Of a stretch of 64,000 bases of DNA, positions 60,369 through 64,000 are shown one piece after another (within the stretch, counting starts at the first letter, position 1; each line of letters begins with the position of its first letter). The stretch is from a bacterium (lineage in GTDB: Bacteria; UBA8248; JACPRG01; G963555815), in contig OZ244653.1 in the NCBI GenBank assembly GCA_965218795.1, forward strand, positions 4,672,001-4,736,000, in the 5' to 3' direction. Both the position numbers and the translations under genes were made by a program. The notes under the pieces were generated by a model. The model made no database searches. It was not told the origin of the DNA and saw nothing but the letters and a program-made list of their open reading frames with translations.

Positions 60369-62069
60369 GTGATGGTCGCCGGAAAATCTCCGGATTTTAT
60401 TCTTCTGAACGGCCGAGTGCTGACGTTGGACGAACGTTTCTCGGTTGCCCGAGGACTCGCCGTGCAGGGAAGTCGAATCCAGGCTGTCGGAGGAACCGCC
60501 GCCCTGAGAAGACTGGCCGGCCCTCGTACAGAGGTCCTGGACCTTCGGGGGAAGACCGTCATGCCGGGCTTTGTGGATGCCCACGCTCATATGGACCGTG
60601 AGGGGCTCAAGTCTCTTTACCCCACCGTTGCGGGCGCGCGGTCCATTGAGGATATTCAGTCCATTGTCCGGCAGCAGGTGAAGCGGAAGAAGCCGGGGGA
60701 GTGGATTGTGACCATGCCTTTGGGCGAGCCTCCCTTCTACTTTGATCCCGTGGACACTCTAAGAGAAGGACGCCCGCCCCGACGCGAAGACCTCGATGTC
60801 GCGGCGCCGAGAAATCCGGTTTACATCCGGGGAATCTGGGGGTATTGGGGCCGCCCTCCGATCATCTCCGTGGCGAACAGCCTGGCCCTCCAACTGGCGG
60901 ATATTCATCGGGGGACGCGCCCCCCCCATCGCGCCGTCAAAATTGAAAAAGACCCTCAGACCGGAGAGCCCACCGGTGTCTTCCGGGAGTACAATTTCAT
61001 TCCCACGCTGGAATTCACGCTCTTTCGAATCGTCCCGAGATTCACCGCCTCCGACCGCCTGAAAGCACTCCGTCACTCAATGCGGCTGTACAATGAATCC
61101 GGAATTACCAGTGTTTATGAAGGCCACGGCGTGGCGCCCGAGGTGATATCCGCGTACCAAGAACTCTGGACACGTCGCGAGCAGACGGTCAGGGCCTATC
61201 TGGTTCTCAGTCCGACGTGGCGATCAACCTCTGACGCGGTGCGGGTCATGGCCGACTGGTCTGCTTTTGCAGGTCCGGGATTCGGGGACGATTGGCTCAG
61301 GATCGGAGGCGTTTTCCTGGAATACGGCGGCGACCGACGGTTGAACCGGATCAGGGACCGTGAGTTTCCTTATACGGGGTGGGCGGGTTTCTTCTGCAAG
61401 GCCCATACACCGGAGGAGTACCGCATGCTTGCGGAATTGGCTGTGCGCCACCGCCTCCGAATTCACACCTACGTAGCGGAAGACGTCGAAGCGCCGCTCC
61501 GGATCTTGGAGGATCTTGCGCAGCACGCCCCTTTGAGAGACCTCCGCACCGTCTTTGTCCATCTCCTATTCGCCTCGCGCGATCAAATACGGCGCATGCG
61601 CCGGCTCAACATTCACCCGACCTGCATCCCGTTCAATCACCTCTTCAAGCGAGGGGTGTACCTGTTGGACAATCCTCGCCGGGCCGCCAAAGCAGTCCCC
61701 CTCCGCAGCCTCCTGAAGGCAGGGATTCCAGGCGCATTATCGACGGATAATGTTCCGCACAACCCCATGCGAATCCTTTGGGCCGCCGAGGCAAGGAAGG
61801 AGCGCACCACTGGGCAGGTGCTCGGCACGCAGGAACGCATCCCCCGAGAGGATCTCCTGAGAGGATTCACAAGCCATGGGGCGCACCTCTCCTTCGAGGA
61901 AGAGCAAAAAGGCTCGCTGACGGCAGGCAGGCTGGCCGACCTCATCATCCTCTCCGAGAATCCCCTGAAGGTCTCTACGGAGGAGTTGAAGAACATCGAG
62001 GTGCTGTTGACCATGGTTGGCGGGAGGATTGTCCATCAAAAAGCCGGGGCGTTTCCCGTGGAAATTTGA
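60369..62069 (+). CDS. Amidohydrolase-3 (YtcJ-like) family protein
   Basis: 'DL.GKTVMPGFVDAHAH', 'PTG...E', 'KGSL.AGRLADL..L', 'TMVGG'. Confidence 0.9.
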   Translation: MMVAGKSPDFILLNGRVLTLDERFSVARGLAVQGSRIQAVGGTAALRRLAGPRTEVLDLRGKTVMPGFVDAHAHMDREGLKSLYPTVAGARSIEDIQSIVRQQVKRKKPGEWIVTMPLGEPPFYFDPVDTLREGRPPRREDLDVAAPRNPVYIRGIWGYWGRPPIISVANSLALQLADIHRGTRPPHRAVKIEKDPQTGEPTGVFREYNFIPTLEFTLFRIVPRFTASDRLKALRHSMRLYNESGITSVYEGHGVAPEVISAYQELWTRREQTVRAYLVLSPTWRSTSDAVRVMADWSAFAGPGFGDDWLRIGGVFLEYGGDRRLNRIRDREFPYTGWAGFFCKAHTPEEYRMLAELAVRHRLRIHTYVAEDVEAPLRILEDLAQHAPLRDLRTVFVHLLFASRDQIRRMRRLNIHPTCIPFNHLFKRGVYLLDNPRRAAKAVPLRSLLKAGIPGALSTDNVPHNPMRILWAAEARKERTTGQVLGTQERIPREDLLRGFTSHGAHLSFEEEQKGSLTAGRLADLIILSENPLKVSTEELKNIEVLLTMVGGRIVHQKAGAFPVEI

Positions 62070-62354
62070 GGGCTGTCGAATGAAGGTCCAAAGTCACAGT
62101 TCGTCCTCTTGAGGATTTGTAGAACGACATTCTTGAACGGTCGTTGAATATCGAGGCGTTCGACGAAGAGAACAATCGCCGGGATGGCCTGGTGATGGGT
62201 TGCAGGCCCCGAGAGCAGGCTTGCCGAAATGCCTGATGGGGCGTGAAGAACGGCATCATGCAAGGAGCTTCCGGGCTGAAGGGAACTGGCGGGCTCCCTT
62301 CGAAATCATCCTCGTTTCGATGTTGGGACAACGCGCGGTTCGGAGAGGATTCTG

Positions 62355-63920
62355 ATGGTTTCCCAGCGACCACTGATCATGGGGCGGCGGGGAGTGATCA
62401 CCTCCGGCCATCACTTGGCTACGCTGGCCGGTGCGGAAATATTCAAAGCGGGCGGAAACGCGATGGATGCCGCCCTTGCCGCCGCTGCCGTATTGGCGGT
62501 GGTTCGCCCCCATGCATGTGGGATTGGCGGGGACGTATTCATCCTTGCAGCGACTTCGGACGGGGAGGTTCAGGCGATCAACGGATCGGGCCCCGCCCCC
62601 CAGGCCGTCCGTCGCGACCTTTTCCCACAGGGCGTTCCGATGCGAGGTCCCCTGGCCAGCACGACCCCCGGCTGTGTTGACGGTTGGTGTCGGGCGCTCG
62701 AGAAGTTCGGGACCCTGTCTTGGACCCGGATTCTGGCGTCCGCAATCGCTTTGGCCGACGAAGGGTTCTGTGTCTATCCCAAGCTGCGGACGCACATTGA
62801 GGAATCCGCGTCATTCTTGCGCGAATCCCCGAAAGCGGCCGAAATCTTTTTGCCCGGCGGGCGAGTCCCGAGAGAAGGGGAAGTCCTGCGCCAGCCGGAC
62901 CTCGCGCGAAGCCTCGGAGCCATCGCCGAGGGGGGCCGGGACGCCTTCTATCGGGGCGAGGTCGGGAGAAGTATGGTCAATGGTCTGAAAGCGCTCGGGG
63001 GGTTCATGAGCGCTCAGGATCTATCGAGCTGCCGTTCTTTCGAGGTTGAACCCCTTTCCGTTGCGTACCGGGGCTACGATGTCTATCAGATGCCTCCGAG
63101 TTCCTGGGGACTGCTCCACCTCCTGCAGCTCCAAGTGCTGGAAGGATTCGATCTGGCATCGCTGGGAGTCGGTTCCCCCGGATTGCTTCATTTACAAATG
63201 GAGGCCCAACGGGTTGCCTTCGCCGAAGCAAGGCCCTTCATTGCCGATCCGGACCATTCCGACCTTCCAGTGAATCGACTGTTTTCACAAGAGTTCGCAG
63301 AGGGCCTGCGAAACCGGATCCGCATCGATCGGGCAGACGGAGCACCGGCGGGAGGCCCCCGGGCGGATACAAGTTATCTCGCAACTGCGGATGAGAAGGG
63401 AACCATGGTTTCCCTGATCCAGAGCGTATTTCAGGTGTTTGGCAGCGGCGTGGTTGCAGGCGATACCGGAATCGTCATGAACGATCGCCTCATGGGTTTC
63501 ACATTGGAAGAAGGGCACGCGAACGTGCTGGCTCCCGGGAAGCGTCCGGCGCATACTTTGAGCCCGGCCCTCATCTGCAAGGATGGCCTTCCGCGATTTG
63601 CCTTGGGCAGTCCGGGAGGGGCGGCGCAAACAGTGACCGCCACTCAGATTACTTGCAATCTGCTGGATTTTTTGCTCTCGCCGCAGGAGGCTGTGGAGCT
63701 TCCTCGATGGTCGGTTGACGAAAAAGGCCGGCTGGGGGTCGAGGAAACCTTCCCCCCGGAGACTTGTAGAATATTGGCGGAAACAGGCCACGAGATTTCC
63801 CTCCTGCCCACGGGCGCCCTCTTGCCGGGATCGGCCAAGGTGGCTGCAATCGACCCGCACACGGGAGCACTGACGGCAGCCGCCGATGGGAGACGCGACG
63901 TCTACGCGTTGGGCCTGTAG
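62355..63920 (+). CDS. ggt: Gamma-glutamyltransferase-family Ntn hydrolase
   Basis: 'GGNAMDAA', 'GIGGD.F', autoprocessing Thr in 'ADTSY', 'PGKRP.HT', 'GSPGG', 'D.RR'. Confidence 0.88.
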   Translation: MVSQRPLIMGRRGVITSGHHLATLAGAEIFKAGGNAMDAALAAAAVLAVVRPHACGIGGDVFILAATSDGEVQAINGSGPAPQAVRRDLFPQGVPMRGPLASTTPGCVDGWCRALEKFGTLSWTRILASAIALADEGFCVYPKLRTHIEESASFLRESPKAAEIFLPGGRVPREGEVLRQPDLARSLGAIAEGGRDAFYRGEVGRSMVNGLKALGGFMSAQDLSSCRSFEVEPLSVAYRGYDVYQMPPSSWGLLHLLQLQVLEGFDLASLGVGSPGLLHLQMEAQRVAFAEARPFIADPDHSDLPVNRLFSQEFAEGLRNRIRIDRADGAPAGGPRADTSYLATADEKGTMVSLIQSVFQVFGSGVVAGDTGIVMNDRLMGFTLEEGHANVLAPGKRPAHTLSPALICKDGLPRFALGSPGGAAQTVTATQITCNLLDFLLSPQEAVELPRWSVDEKGRLGVEETFPPETCRILAETGHEISLLPTGALLPGSAKVAAIDPHTGALTAAADGRRDVYALGL

Positions 63921-64000
63921 ACCTTCCGCAAGAGCGCGCGAGTACGCTCAACCTCCCGTCTCATCGTGATCGACGTATGGTCTACCCGTCATGCTCTCTG

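Overview
The window has two parts. (1) Positions 1-26051 are the right end of a genomic island, ending in a degenerate 3' half of an initiator tRNA-Met (att-like site, 26009-26051). The island holds a partial SF1B helicase-nuclease gene and a very GC-rich F-type conjugation cluster (traA/L/E/K/B/V/C, HD-like gene, trbI, S26 peptidase, traW/U, trbC, traN/F/H/G, traD, MOBF relaxase traI) behind a divergent CI/LexA-like repressor and Cro/excisionase-like gene pair. It also holds a DUF433-DUF5615 toxin-antitoxin pair, a truncated PGN_0703-like nuclease and two related IS3 copies in inverted orientation. Many mating-pair genes are eroded by deletions that join short direct repeats, while the relaxase looks intact. 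(2) Positions ~26100-64000 are chromosomal backbone: tauA-like, nrnA, pncB, nuoI-like, trxB, nfo, yihA, sirtuin, Ca/Na antiporter, rsmI, sixA and proA. This part is rich in duplicated catabolic enzymes with altered active sites: two divergent dihydroorotate-dehydrogenase-like paralogs; an operon with an LLM oxidoreductase, four tandem zinc-dependent deaminases (plus a remnant of a fifth) and a solute-binding protein; an orphan Mo-hydroxylase subunit; twin DMT transporters; and twin SdhA-like flavoproteins lacking the fumarate catalytic His around a stand-alone 2Fe-2S protein. The best candidates for undescribed biology are the LLM/deaminase array and the twin-flavoprotein operon. All calls rest on motif recognition by eye; no database searches were run.
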